From contig CAVQUB010000013.1 of the NCBI GenBank assembly GCA_963716725.1, forward strand, positions 32,001-96,000: 64,000 nucleotides of DNA. Reading direction: 5' to 3'. The position numbers were made by a program, and so were the translations under genes. Below the pieces are notes generated by a model, which was not told the origin of the DNA, did no database searches, and saw nothing but the letters and a program-made list of their open reading frames with translations. Of this stretch, positions 1-10,088 are shown piece after piece. Origin of the DNA: an uncultured delta proteobacterium. GTDB taxonomy: Bacteria; Myxococcota_A; Polyangia; Polyangiales; Polyangiaceae. Each line of letters begins with the position of its first letter. Position 1 is the first letter of the stretch.

Positions 1-5
1 GGCGG

Positions 6-356
6 GTGTCCACCGCGCGCTTCGTTCTACTCGTGCGCGCGCGCCGCGATCCCTTGGGCGCTCGCCTGGGCACGGTGGTGAGCCGCAAGGTCGGGGGCGC
101 AGTGGTTCGAAACCGAGTGAAACGCCTGATTCGCGAGGCGTTCCGCGCAACTCGGGACCTCTGGGACACCGACGTCGACGTGGTCGTCATCGCGAAGCAA
201 GCCCGGGGCGAGCCTGGACTCGAGGGAGTGATCGCCGAGTTTCGTGCGGTCGAGTCGGTGCTCCGTCGGCGCTTCGCCGACGCTCGGGCAGACCTCCTCC
301 GATCCGCCGGGGCTGGCGAGGGCCGCGAAAAAGCGGGAGACTCCGCCGAGCCATGA
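6..356 (+). CDS. rnpA: Ribonuclease P protein component (5' end probably upstream of window)
   Basis: RLGTVVSRKVGGAVVRNRVKRLIRE (RNR motif); synteny with yidD-yidC-jag. Confidence 0.93.
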   Translation: MSTARFVLLVRARRDPLGARLGTVVSRKVGGAVVRNRVKRLIREAFRATRDLWDTDVDVVVIAKQARGEPGLEGVIAEFRAVESVLRRRFADARADLLRSAGAGEGREKAGDSAEP

Positions 357-658
357 TCGCGCGGCTGCTCATCCTGCTGATCCGCGCCTACCAGATCGTG
401 CTGTCGCCCTTCCTCGGCAACGTGTGTCGTTTTCACCCATCGTGTTCCCGCTACAGCCTGCGCTGCATCGAGCTCCACGGGGCCGTCAGGGGCAGCTGGC
501 TGACGGTGAAGCGCCTTTCTCGTTGCCATCCGTTTCATCCGGGGGGATACGATCCGCCACCCCTGCCGGAGGGCCACGCCGATGCGGCACTCCCTCCCGC
601 CGACCCGACCGGCAGTGGCGCGCCAGAACGGCGCGATCAAGCGGCTGACTCCGCCTGA
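353..658 (+). CDS. yidD: Membrane protein insertion efficiency factor
   Basis: CRFHPSCSRY...RCHPFHPGGYDP signature. Confidence 0.95.
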   Translation: MIARLLILLIRAYQIVLSPFLGNVCRFHPSCSRYSLRCIELHGAVRGSWLTVKRLSRCHPFHPGGYDPPPLPEGHADAALPPADPTGSGAPERRDQAADSA

Positions 659-693
659 GTTTTCCAAGCACTCCCTCGCCCCTCGAGCACGAC

Positions 694-2439
694 ATGGAAC
701 GAAGCGGTATCGCGCGGTGGCTCTTCATCGGCCTCACCGTGCTCTTGGGGGTCTTGTTCTTGCCGAAGCTGTTCGGCGAGAAATCGTCCGAACAGCAACC
801 GCTCAAGTACGAGGGCACGTCGGTCCCGGCGGTCCGCAAGCCGAAGCAGCTCTGTGACATCTGGGCACCGCGCTTCCATGCGCAGCTGAGCACCGAAGGC
901 GCTTCGCTCGAACACTTCTACCTGAGCACCGCCAAGTACACGCAGAAGGGCGTGGCCATCGACCTCGCGACGACCCCGGACGTCGAGCTGCGCCGACAGC
1001 TGCGCTTCCACTTCCGCAACGAACGCTTCCACCCCGCGGACGACTGGCAGATCGACTTCGACACCGTCGACTACGACCTGGTCAAGGCTGACGGGAAGAG
1101 CTGCGAGTTCGTGTACCGCGACGCCAAGGTCGAGATCCAGCGGACCGTTCGCGCGACCGAGCACCCCTACGAGCTCGAGGTCGATGCCACGATCACCAAC
1201 CGCGCGGAAAAGAAGCTGAAGCACGCGCTCACCGTGCACACCGACGCCTGGCGGACCAAAAAAGAAGTCGAGAGCGGCATGTTCCGGGTGAGCCCGTTCA
1301 TGACGCACGTCGAGTGCGTCTCCGAGGCGAACAAGGCCGTCCGCATGCGGCCCCCGGATTTCGAGCCGGACCAGTTCAAGGAGGCCGGGTTCTCGGGCCC
1401 ATTGAACCTCGGGGACTGGTTCGAGACCAAGACGCCGCCCGCTTACGCCGCGGTTTCAAACGCCTACTTCTCTCACGCGCTGGTCCCGGTGTCGGCCCCG
1501 GCCGACGCCAAGCCGACCTGCCAACTCCAGATCGAGGAGCGCTGGGACGCCACCAAGTACAAGTCCGAGGGCGCCGATCCGAACGGCGGCGCGATGTATC
1601 GCGCGCGACTCGCTTACCCACTGGTCGAGCTCGAGCCGAAAGAGAGCGCGCGCTACACCGTCCTGACCTACATCGGGCCGAAAGAACGGGACGCGCTCGC
1701 AGGCGTGGGCGGCGGCAAGCACGACCTGACCGAGATTATCGACCTGGGCTTCTTCAGCGTCATCGCCAAGGTCCTGGTCGCGTTCTTGCTGAAGGTTCAC
1801 TCTGTTCTGCCGAACTGGGGTCTCGCCATCATCTTGCTGACCCTCACGGCGCGCGTGATCTCTGTTTCCGCTCGCGGTGCCCAGCATCAAGAGCATGATC
1901 AAGATGCGCGAGCTGAAGCCCGAGCTCGACGCGCTGAACGAGAAGTTCAAAGACGACGCCCAGGGCAAGGGGCTCGCTCAGATGGAACTCTGGCGGACGC
2001 ACAAGGTGAACCCGCTCAAGGGCTGCCTGCCGCAGCTCGCCAGCATGCCCGTGTGGTTTGCGCTCTACACGACCCTTCAGACCGCCGTAGAGCTCTTCAA
2101 CATCCCCTTCCTGTGGTTCCCCGACCTCTCGCAGCCCGATCGCTTCTTCATCCTGCCGTTCATCATCGGTGCCACCAACTTCGCTCAGCAGAAGATCATG
2201 CCGATGCAGGGCGACCCGATGCAGCAGAAGATGATGCTGTATTTCATGCCGGCGATGTTCACGGTGTTCATGCTGTTCTTGCCGGCGGGTCTCGGGGTCT
2301 ACATGTTCAGCAACGGGCTGTTGACGATCGCACAGCAGCAGATCGTCGAGCGCTACGTGAGGCGCCAGACGATCAAGCTCGAGGCGGAAAAAAAAGCCGT
2401 GATATCGGCGTAAAGATCAAAGGGGAAGCGAGTAGCTAA
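694..2439 (+). CDS. yidC: Membrane protein insertase YidC (frameshift at ~1861; C-terminal TM part in ORF 1877-2413; possible second indel in A8 run 2388-2395)
   Basis: NWGLAIILLT, MRELKPELDALNEKFKDD, VNPLKGCLPQ, QQKMMLYFMP motifs split across two frames. Confidence 0.93.
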   Translation: MERSGIARWLFIGLTVLLGVLFLPKLFGEKSSEQQPLKYEGTSVPAVRKPKQLCDIWAPRFHAQLSTEGASLEHFYLSTAKYTQKGVAIDLATTPDVELRRQLRFHFRNERFHPADDWQIDFDTVDYDLVKADGKSCEFVYRDAKVEIQRTVRATEHPYELEVDATITNRAEKKLKHALTVHTDAWRTKKEVESGMFRVSPFMTHVECVSEANKAVRMRPPDFEPDQFKEAGFSGPLNLGDWFETKTPPAYAAVSNAYFSHALVPVSAPADAKPTCQLQIEERWDATKYKSEGADPNGGAMYRARLAYPLVELEPKESARYTVLTYIGPKERDALAGVGGGKHDLTEIIDLGFFSVIAKVLVAFLLKVHSVLPNWGLAIILLTLTARVISVSARGAQHQEHDQDARAEARARRAEREVQRRRPGQGARSDGTLADAQGEPAQGLPAAARQHARVVCALHDPSDRRRALQHPLPVVPRPLAARSLLHPAVHHRCHQLRSAEDHADAGRPDAAEDDAVFHAGDVHGVHAVLAGGSRGLHVQQRAVDDRTAADRRALREAPDDQARGGKKSRDIGVKIKGEASS

Positions 2440-2477
2440 GGCACTCGCTTCACTCTTGGCATGGAAAGGCCAGTCAG

Positions 2478-3143
2478 ATGAGCGACGTAGAGCAAGAGAC
2501 CGAGCAAGGGTGGGACGACGAAGCGGATCTCGAAGGTGACGAGGAGGGCGACGACGAAGGCGGAGGCGACAACGGCGCCGAGGCCTCCGCCGACGGCGAC
2601 GGTGAACCGCGCCGACCTCGGCGTGGCGGGCGCAGGGACGACGAGCCCGACTACGTGCCCGAGAACGACCCGCGGGCGACGCAGGCCCTCGAGTTCGTCG
2701 CCGAGGTCGTCAAAGAGATGGAAATGGACTGCCGCGTCCGCCTCCTTCGTCCGAAGGACGACGACGAGAACCCCGAGATCAACATCGAGATCGCGGGACC
2801 CGACGCCGGGCGCATTATCGGCAAGAAGGGGCAGGTGCTGATGGCCCTGCAGTTCATCACCCACCGCATCGTCAACCGCTCGGGGCTCGACAAGCGCCAC
2901 GTTCTGGTGGACGCGGAGGGCTACCGCACCCGGCGCGACAGCTCGCTGGCCAGCATGGCCAAGCGCCTGGGCAAGCAGGCGGTGGAGCTGGGCAAGATCA
3001 TCACCTTCGAACCGATGAACCCGCGGGACCGCCGCGTGGTGCATCTGGCTCTCGCCAAGTTCGAAGGTGTGGTCACCAAGAGCGACGGCGAAGGCGCGAG
3101 TCGACGAGTTCAGATCATCCCCGTGCGCCGCACCACGGCGTAG
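2478..3143 (+). CDS. jag: Jag/KhpB (EloR) KH-R3H RNA-binding protein
   Basis: GRIIGKKGQVLMALQ (KH) and PMNPRDRRVVHLAL (R3H); position after yidC. Confidence 0.92.
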   Translation: MSDVEQETEQGWDDEADLEGDEEGDDEGGGDNGAEASADGDGEPRRPRRGGRRDDEPDYVPENDPRATQALEFVAEVVKEMEMDCRVRLLRPKDDDENPEINIEIAGPDAGRIIGKKGQVLMALQFITHRIVNRSGLDKRHVLVDAEGYRTRRDSSLASMAKRLGKQAVELGKIITFEPMNPRDRRVVHLALAKFEGVVTKSDGEGASRRVQIIPVRRTTA

Positions 3144-3217
3144 CAACCGCACCCTTCATCTCGCCGCGACGCCGTTGTCCGGACAGCCCGCGGCGCGATG
3201 ACGCTCGCCGGATCTGA

Positions 3218-5125
3218 CTACTTCCCGCAGGGCGAGAGCTCGACGGGCGCGGCGCGCTGGACCCACGCCGCTGTGCTCGGTGGTGCGACGAGCTCGGCGC
3301 GCGACTGTCCGGCAGCCTGGAGTGCGCTCCGCGGCGCCCACATCCAATCTTCGGTAATCTGACAGCTATGGGCCGCGCAGCGCGGGCGGCCTTCGAGCTC
3401 GATGGAGCGGGCATCGCCTCTGACGTTGAAGAGCAGCGGTCGCCAGCTGGCGCCACCGTCCACCGTGCCCCAGAGCTGAGCCAGGTTCCTGCCCGTCGCC
3501 ACGCCACGCTGCGCGTTCGCCATCGCCACGTGCAGCGCACCGGCAGGGAGCGGCTTTACTTCGAGCTTGCGGCCCAGAATGCCAGACGCGAGGTAGCGAG
3601 CCCTGCCCCGGACGACCTCGGCGAACACGGTTCCGTCGACCAAGTGTGCGTCCGCTACGGCGCCTTCCCCGAGCGAGGTCTCCAACCGTCGCCCCTTCGA
3701 ATCGCGCGCCAGGTCGACGACCGCGTACTCGAATCCCGTCGGCTTCGTCGGCGTCCGATAGAGCAGCGTCGTCCGGTTCAAATCGACGAGTTCGAGATCA
3801 TCCTCGTCGTTGCCGGTGACGAGGCGGCGGTTCCGGAAGCGAGTACCGTCGTACCAGCACAGTTCGTGAGCGCGCACCGAGGGGTCGAGGACGGATTCTG
3901 CATCCTCAGAACGGCACGCGGACCGCACGACGATGCCGCCCGCCGCACTGACGGCCGCGGACGGCCGGGCCTCGGGGTCGAGCGTCGCCACCGAACCCAG
4001 GTGCGTCCAGCCCGCGGCGTCCAGTCGATACAAGGCGTCCAGCCCTTCGCCGGCATCCTCGCCCCCATCGTTCGCCGGCTCGAGCGTGCAGGTCAGAAAC
4101 GCGTGGCGCGCCCCGAGCCGAGCGCTGCAGCTGCCGGTGACCGCCGGCAGTTCGATGCGCTTGCGCACGCCATTCTTGACCTCTTCTAAAGGGTGCAAGA
4201 AAAGTGACCGCCCACCCTCGGGTAGAGCGCCGGCAGGCAACGTGGCCGGCGCGTATAGCGCCTCTAGGCGCTGCTGCACGCGACCGCCGACTTCGTTGAG
4301 TGCGGTCAGCGAGAAAGGCCAAGCGCTCCCCCCGGCCGCTGCCTCGCCTTCGGCGACCTCCGTCACTTTCCCAGCCGCGGTCACGAGCTTCATACCGCGG
4401 GTCGACTCGAAGATCACACCTCCGCCGGCTTGCTCGTGGAAGCGTCGGGCGCACGCGCCGCGGAGCTCGACGTCCACGAATGTCTGTGCGCCGTCGCTCG
4501 ACCTGGCGAGGGACCCAGCGCCGCGAATCACGAAGAGCGTCGTGCCAACGACGGCGAGGTCGGCGACTTGCCCTTCGCCCAAGGTGCGCGCCAGGGCAGG
4601 ACTGGAAGGTGCGAGTCGCCACAACGCGCCGCGCTCGTCGTGCAGGACCTCCACGCCAGCGGCAAGCGTGAAGATCGTGCTTGGCTTCGCGCCGCGCGTA
4701 TCGCCCGCGTAGGTCAGCGGGCCGAGGCGTTTGGCGGCACGGTACGCAACGCCGTTCCGAGTAACGACGACTTCACCTTCGCCAGCAAGGCGCGCATAGG
4801 CGATCGCGCTCTCCGTGCCCTGCTCCGAGATCGTCACGCTGTCCTTCGTGGCCCGCACCCGCCAGCGCCCCATGGTGATGATTTCCCCGTTCTCCCAGAG
4901 CGACGAAGCCTTCCCGAAGTCGACGTAGGTCAGGTCCCAGGGGTCCGCGGCCGGAAGCTGCGGCGGCGTTGGCTTCGTCGAGACCGAGGGCCGACTCGCC
5001 GGCCCCGTGCTGTTCGCGCATCCACCGAAGGCGGCGACGGCGCACAGAACGCGCGCGCTCCACCCAAGCACATCACGACTATCCGCCTTGAAACGGTTGC
5101 GTGAGTTCAATGTCGCGCCCGCCAT
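3218..5125 (-). CDS. Hypothetical lipoprotein with Asp-box/BNR-like motifs (start may be GTG at 5071)
   Basis: Lipobox-like AFGGC; SSDGAQTF and TVDGGASW Asp-box-like motifs; long ORF. Confidence 0.6.
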   Translation of the reverse strand: MAGATLNSRNRFKADSRDVLGWSARVLCAVAAFGGCANSTGPASRPSVSTKPTPPQLPAADPWDLTYVDFGKASSLWENGEIITMGRWRVRATKDSVTISEQGTESAIAYARLAGEGEVVVTRNGVAYRAAKRLGPLTYAGDTRGAKPSTIFTLAAGVEVLHDERGALWRLAPSSPALARTLGEGQVADLAVVGTTLFVIRGAGSLARSSDGAQTFVDVELRGACARRFHEQAGGGVIFESTRGMKLVTAAGKVTEVAEGEAAAGGSAWPFSLTALNEVGGRVQQRLEALYAPATLPAGALPEGGRSLFLHPLEEVKNGVRKRIELPAVTGSCSARLGARHAFLTCTLEPANDGGEDAGEGLDALYRLDAAGWTHLGSVATLDPEARPSAAVSAAGGIVVRSACRSEDAESVLDPSVRAHELCWYDGTRFRNRRLVTGNDEDDLELVDLNRTTLLYRTPTKPTGFEYAVVDLARDSKGRRLETSLGEGAVADAHLVDGTVFAEVVRGRARYLASGILGRKLEVKPLPAGALHVAMANAQRGVATGRNLAQLWGTVDGGASWRPLLFNVRGDARSIELEGRPRCAAHSCQITEDWMWAPRSALQAAGQSRAELVAPPSTAAWVQRAAPVELSPCGK

Positions 5126-5227
5126 CTACGCCAGAGTGGCGGACGGGCGAGCCGACGACAAGGACCGAGTTGGAGCGTCCGTGGTCGTGGACTGATCTCG
5201 AGCTGCAGAGGAGCTCGGGGCTGCAGT

Positions 5228-7156
5228 TCACTCCAGCGCGAAGCCGTTGCCGTCGAACTTGTACTTCCGCGCGCTGCCGGCTCCCCACGGCAAGAGCAAG
5301 GGCTCGAGGCCACCGGCGGCGGTCGTATCCGGCGGAAACGGATAGGTCTTGTCGGTCCACCCGACGGCGCGGCCGGGTCGAAGTTCGATGCGGACTCCGG
5401 TCTTCGAGGGAACGAACGAGATCGTGCCCACCACCCGGTTGTCTTTGAGAGCGCGGCCGGTCTCGGCGGCGAACACGCGGCGCACGCCGCCGTCCGTCAC
5501 CTGGTAGACGAAGAGCGCGTAGCGGTCGACGACGTCGCCACCGAGTTCTTTGCTGGCCTTGGCGTGCAAGAGCCCCCGCACGACGACCTCCGCCTTGCCG
5601 TCTCCGGTCAAGTCGCGCGCCGTCACGTCCAGGATGTCCTTTGCATCGGGCACTCCGATGGTGATGAACGAGTAGGTCGTGCCGCCGCGATAGCCCTTGC
5701 CGAACACCACGATGTCCCTGTCGTGGACCAGGACTCGCTCGGTCTCCGCGCCGCCCGCGACATCAGTCACGAAGTCGAAGCGCGGTGACTTGCCGCCGAG
5801 CTTGCGGTCCTTTCGATAGAGCGCGTAGAGCCGATCGAGCATCTCGTCAGCCGTGGGGGGGCGAGGCGCGGGCGGCTGAGGCGGGCCGGCGGGAGCGTTC
5901 GCTCCGGGCTTCGTGCCCGGTTTCTTGCCACCGACCTTGGGCGTCTGGGTGCTCTCGTCGACCTTGCTGAATTGCTTCCCGTCCCACTGAAACGAGCGAC
6001 TCTTCACGCTCTCCCACGGCAAGAGCGCGCCGGGCATGTCGCCGGACACCGGCTCCGCGTAGGTGTCGGGCTCGAAGCCGTCGGCGACGCCCTGCGCGAT
6101 CTCGATGGTGGTCAGCTTGCCCTTCGTTCCCAGGCTGAGCGCGTTCTGGATCTTGCCTTTCTCGGTGACAATGGCGACCTCGTGGGAGAAGGCCGCCCAG
6201 GGTGCGTCGTCGCTGCCAATCTTCAAGATCTGCACGACCTCTCGGTACTTGTCCGGGGCGCCGATGCGCTTCCGGATCAAGATGTCGTCCTTTTTGTCGC
6301 CGTCGAAATCCCGAAGCTCGAGCCGCGTCACCATGCTGGCGTCCGCAACGCCGAGCTCGCCAAAGTAGAACTGATTACCGCCGCGGTAGCGCGGTCCGGT
6401 GATGGTCAGGTACCCGCCGTAGACGGCCACGCGCTCGAGCATCTTGTCGCCAGACACATCGCCGTAGGCTTCCCGGGCGGGCGTGGCGGCCAAGCCCTTG
6501 GCGCGGATCAGGCTCTTGTCGAGCCCCTGCTCGTTCTCGAGCAGCAGCGGCGGCAACGCACTCCCGCTGCCCGCCGCGGTGCCAACGATTCCCTTGACCG
6601 CTCCCGCGCTGTCGGAGTCGGTGTAGCGGAGCGCACCACGCAGACCCACCCGCACCGTGCCGGCCTTCGAGAACGCGCTCCAGGGGATCTTGGCCTCGAA
6701 GATGAAGCCGTTCTTGCTGGGCGCCTCGACCAGAGTCGCGCCGGCGACGGCGCCGGCACGGGTCCGCACCGAGCCCGCGACCTTGCCCGGATCGCCCTGA
6801 AACAGCAGCAACTCTTCCGTGACGAAGCCGCCCTTGGCGTTCGGAAACGCGATGATCAGCGAGCCATGATCCTCACTCGCTGCGTAAGCCGAAGTGCGCA
6901 CCAGGGTCTTGTCGTTCACCCGAAAGGCGACGTAGACGTGGCCGTCGTCGTAGCCAAAGTGACCCGAGGCGGCATCGGACGAGCCCTGGAGCGCAAACGC
7001 CAGGTCCGTCATCTTGCCCGGCCACTCGCGCAGATCTCCGTCGATGCGGATCTTCGTTCCGGTCATCGGGATGCCTTCGAGCGTGCGCCCCGCGGCCCAG
7101 GCTCGAGAGCCGAAGGCCGTGAGGGCCAACCCGAGGACGGCAGCCGAAGGCTTCAT
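5228..7156 (-). CDS. Secreted hypothetical protein, CBM9-like N-terminus plus FG-GAP-like DxxGD motifs
   Basis: Signal peptide; IRIDGDLREW; DVSGDK, DFDGDKKDD, DLTGDGKAE motifs; overlaps pspA stop. Confidence 0.65.
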   Translation of the reverse strand: MKPSAAVLGLALTAFGSRAWAAGRTLEGIPMTGTKIRIDGDLREWPGKMTDLAFALQGSSDAASGHFGYDDGHVYVAFRVNDKTLVRTSAYAASEDHGSLIIAFPNAKGGFVTEELLLFQGDPGKVAGSVRTRAGAVAGATLVEAPSKNGFIFEAKIPWSAFSKAGTVRVGLRGALRYTDSDSAGAVKGIVGTAAGSGSALPPLLLENEQGLDKSLIRAKGLAATPAREAYGDVSGDKMLERVAVYGGYLTITGPRYRGGNQFYFGELGVADASMVTRLELRDFDGDKKDDILIRKRIGAPDKYREVVQILKIGSDDAPWAAFSHEVAIVTEKGKIQNALSLGTKGKLTTIEIAQGVADGFEPDTYAEPVSGDMPGALLPWESVKSRSFQWDGKQFSKVDESTQTPKVGGKKPGTKPGANAPAGPPQPPAPRPPTADEMLDRLYALYRKDRKLGGKSPRFDFVTDVAGGAETERVLVHDRDIVVFGKGYRGGTTYSFITIGVPDAKDILDVTARDLTGDGKAEVVVRGLLHAKASKELGGDVVDRYALFVYQVTDGGVRRVFAAETGRALKDNRVVGTISFVPSKTGVRIELRPGRAVGWTDKTYPFPPDTTAAGGLEPLLLPWGAGSARKYKFDGNGFALE

Positions 7157-7977
7157 CGCTTCATTCGGAGCTCGGCCTGCTCCTGGGCCTCGAGATCGGC
7201 GAGCGCTCGCGTGAGTTCTTCGTGCTCCGCCGCGTCGAGCTCGACGACGGCTTCCTTCTCTTCGACCCGCACGGCCTCCCGCGGAGCCGGCGCCGCCTCC
7301 GGGGGCAGCACGCCCATCTTGCGCTTGAGAGCCTCGAGATCGGAGTCGGCTCCGGCGGTCTGCTCGAGGTGCGCGAACTTCGTCGCCAGCACGTCTCCGC
7401 TGTACTCCTCGGCGAGCTCCGCCCCCGCTTCGGCCTCTGCCTCCATCTGGTTGATGCGGCCTTCCATCTGCTCGAAGGCCTCGAACGCGCTCGCGTTCTT
7501 GAGGCCGCTCATCGTCTCTTGAATCTGCTTCTGAGCCTCGGCGCGCTTCTTCCGGGCTATCAGCAGGTTCTTCTTGCGCTTCGCCTCTTCAATCTTCGCA
7601 TTCAGCGCCCTGAGCGCGAGCTTGAGGGAGTCGACGGCGTGCTTCTGCTTCTGCCACTGCTGCTTGTACTGCTCGGCGAGCTGCCCGTGTTCCTTCATGC
7701 GGGCCAGGCCTTCTTTGGCCAGATTGTCGTCGCCCGCACGCACGGCCATCATCGCCCGCCGTTCCCACTCGGCAGCGGTGGCGGCCTCTTGCTCTGCTTG
7801 CTTGGCCAGGCGCTTCTCGTCGGCGATGGAAGAAGCCACTTGCTTCTTCGCCTCGATCAGCTGCGCGTTCATGTCGATGACGATCTGGTTCAGCATCTTC
7901 TCCGGATCTTCGGAGCGGCTGATCAGATCGTTCAGGTTGGACTTGATGAGTCGGGCGAGGCGCGCGAAAATTCCCAT
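7153..7977 (-). CDS. pspA: PspA/IM30 family protein
   Basis: MGIFARLARLIKSNLNDLISRSEDPEKML, coiled coil, AFEAFEQMEGRI. Confidence 0.92.
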   Translation of the reverse strand: MGIFARLARLIKSNLNDLISRSEDPEKMLNQIVIDMNAQLIEAKKQVASSIADEKRLAKQAEQEAATAAEWERRAMMAVRAGDDNLAKEGLARMKEHGQLAEQYKQQWQKQKHAVDSLKLALRALNAKIEEAKRKKNLLIARKKRAEAQKQIQETMSGLKNASAFEAFEQMEGRINQMEAEAEAGAELAEEYSGDVLATKFAHLEQTAGADSDLEALKRKMGVLPPEAAPAPREAVRVEEKEAVVELDAAEHEELTRALADLEAQEQAELRMKR

Positions 7978-7997
7978 GGTCGTTGCTCCGGCAGGCC

Positions 7998-8393
7998 TTA
8001 GTTCTTGATCAGCTCTCGCAGCATGCCCACGTGTTTCGATTGCGCCATGCCCATGTCGGCGAGCACAGCCTCGAGTTCGTTGCCGTCGAGGTTCTCGAGC
8101 TCGAGGGAAGCGATCAGTACGATGCGCCCGTCTTCGAGGGCGTAGGCGGCGTGCATCAGGTCGAAGGCGTTGAGCTCCAACAGCCGCCGAAAGACCTTGG
8201 CCTCGATCGCCGGGTTAGCGCTGGGCGCGTCGCCGATCGCGACCTGGAAGACCAAGACGGGAGGCGCGACGCGCAGAGCCACGGGCGCCAAGCTCGCGCC
8301 CACGGCGACCAGAAATGTCCCACTTTCGAGTCGCTCGAAGTGCCTATCGAGCTTGCTCAGAAACCCCTCGAGATCTTCGTCGGTCTTCAGCAT
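7998..8393 (-). CDS. CesT/YbjN-like chaperone family protein
   Basis: FRRLLELNAFDLMHAAYAL...ENLDGNELEA pattern; 131 aa, directly upstream of pspA. Confidence 0.7.
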   Translation of the reverse strand: MLKTDEDLEGFLSKLDRHFERLESGTFLVAVGASLAPVALRVAPPVLVFQVAIGDAPSANPAIEAKVFRRLLELNAFDLMHAAYALEDGRIVLIASLELENLDGNELEAVLADMGMAQSKHVGMLRELIKN

Positions 8394-8461
8394 CGGAAGG
8401 CTACGGTACCATGGCGCAGGCGCACGGTGGTGCCGCAGGAAGAGCGCGAATTCCCCGGGGC

Positions 8462-9427
8462 TCAGCCCTTATTCTCGATGGGGGCGCCGTGCCGGCTGGC
8501 TCGCAGGCTGACCACGGCCTCCGGGGGTGGCGCCTCGGGTTGAATCGTGGCGTGGGCCAGGCCGAACTCGGCCTTCAGCTGCTCAGCGACAGCCCGACAC
8601 ACCTCGGCGCCGTGTGCACCCCGCTCGAGGGTGACGTGCACCGTGAGCGCGTCGAAACGGTCCGAGATGCGCCACACGTGCAGGTCGTGCAAATCGCGGA
8701 CGCCCGGGCAGCCCCGGATAGCCGCCTCGATGGCCGAGACGTCGAGGTGACCGGGGGTCGCTTCGAGCAAGATACTCGTCGTCTCCCTCAGCACGCGCCA
8801 GCCGCTGTAGGCCACCAGCAGGGCGATCAGCACCGAGAGCACCGGATCCGCGCGATTGACCCCGAAAAAGTGCACCATTGCGCCAGCCAGCAGCGCTGCC
8901 ACCGAACCGAGGGCGTCCGACGCCACGTGGGCAAACGCCGCGCGCACGTTGAGGCTATCGCGCTGGGCACGCATCAGGACCGCCGCGACAATCAGGTTCA
9001 CGACCAGGCCCGCACCAGCGACGGCGAGCATGATGTCAGCACGGATTTGTGAAGGCGCGAACCAGCGTTCGACTGCCTCCTTGATCACCCAAATGGCGGT
9101 AAGCGCCAGGGCGATGCCGTTGACGAAGGCGGCTAGCACCTCGGCGCGGCGAAGACCGAAGGTGGACCGCTCGGTGCGGGGGCGCTGGGCCCAGCGATGG
9201 GCCGCAAGGGCGAGAGCCAACGCCCCAGCATCCGCCAGCATGTGGCCCGCGTCTGCCATCAGCGCGAGGCTGCCGCTGATCACCCCGCCGACGAACTCGA
9301 CCACCATGAAACTTGCGGTCAGCCCCAAGGCCACGCCGAGCGCGCGCGAGGGCGTGGCGACGTGACCATGGCCGTGGCCGTGGCCGTGGCCGTGGCCTTG
9401 CAGGTCGGGGTGGGCGTGGGCAGTCAC
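8462..9427 (-). CDS. Cation diffusion facilitator (CzcD/ZitB-like) with His-rich N-terminus
   Basis: SLALMADAGHMLAD, SLNVRAAFAHVASD, HDLHVW; (GH)n tract; GTG start inferred at 9427. Confidence 0.93.
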   Translation of the reverse strand: MTAHAHPDLQGHGHGHGHGHGHVATPSRALGVALGLTASFMVVEFVGGVISGSLALMADAGHMLADAGALALALAAHRWAQRPRTERSTFGLRRAEVLAAFVNGIALALTAIWVIKEAVERWFAPSQIRADIMLAVAGAGLVVNLIVAAVLMRAQRDSLNVRAAFAHVASDALGSVAALLAGAMVHFFGVNRADPVLSVLIALLVAYSGWRVLRETTSILLEATPGHLDVSAIEAAIRGCPGVRDLHDLHVWRISDRFDALTVHVTLERGAHGAEVCRAVAEQLKAEFGLAHATIQPEAPPPEAVVSLRASRHGAPIENKG

Positions 9428-9556
9428 GGCCCCCCAGTCTAGCCCGGGGCACCGGGCGGCGGGCAACGCCGCCCTTTCGAGCGGGAACGCTCCACGCACC
9501 CAGAGCCGCAATGGCCTTCTCCGGCGGCACTCGATGAGGTAGGCGGTGGGTCGCCC

Positions 9557-10054
9557 ATGAAGACTGCCTCCGCTCTGTGTCTCGGCTTCGTGCTCGCCGC
9601 CTGCAACGCGAGCAGCGCGGCGCCGCCAACCAGCCCCGCACCCTCCCGCGCCTGCACCCAGCTGGGGTGCAAGAGCGGCCTCGATCTCGAGCTCGTCCGC
9701 TCGACCCCCTGGCCCCAAGGCACGTATCGCATCACGCTCCGAGTCGACGACAAGTCGGCGAGCTGCGAGGGCAAGCTTCCCCTCGGCTCCTGCGAGAGCG
9801 GCCCTTCGTTTCGCTGCAGCGACCCGTCGCTGACCATTTCCGAGAGCGGGTGTGCCCTGCCACCGGATCAACACGCGCTCAGTGGCCTGGCCTCGACGGC
9901 CACGGCAGCGTCGAAGGTGTCCCTCGTCATCGAACACCAGGGTTCGATCCAAGCCACGGCCCAGCTCACGCCGACATTCCAAAGCCTGCAGCCCAACGGC
10001 GCGGGGTGCGAACCCGTCTGCGAGACGGCTTCGATGAAGCTCAACCTGCGCTGA
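9557..10054 (+). CDS. Cys-containing hypothetical lipoprotein
   Basis: Lipobox LAAC; CTQLGC and PNGAGCEPVC motifs. Confidence 0.7.
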   Translation: MKTASALCLGFVLAACNASSAAPPTSPAPSRACTQLGCKSGLDLELVRSTPWPQGTYRITLRVDDKSASCEGKLPLGSCESGPSFRCSDPSLTISESGCALPPDQHALSGLASTATAASKVSLVIEHQGSIQATAQLTPTFQSLQPNGAGCEPVCETASMKLNLR

Positions 10055-10088
10055 GCGCGCGACGGTCGAATACCGACCAGTCCTCCGA

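Noticed and set aside
5972..7522. Long antisense or alternative-frame ORFs (e.g. 5972-7522, 46739-48769, and the 5' part of 10924-13632)
   Set aside because: Typical high-GC shadow ORFs overlapping well-supported genes and lacking motifs.
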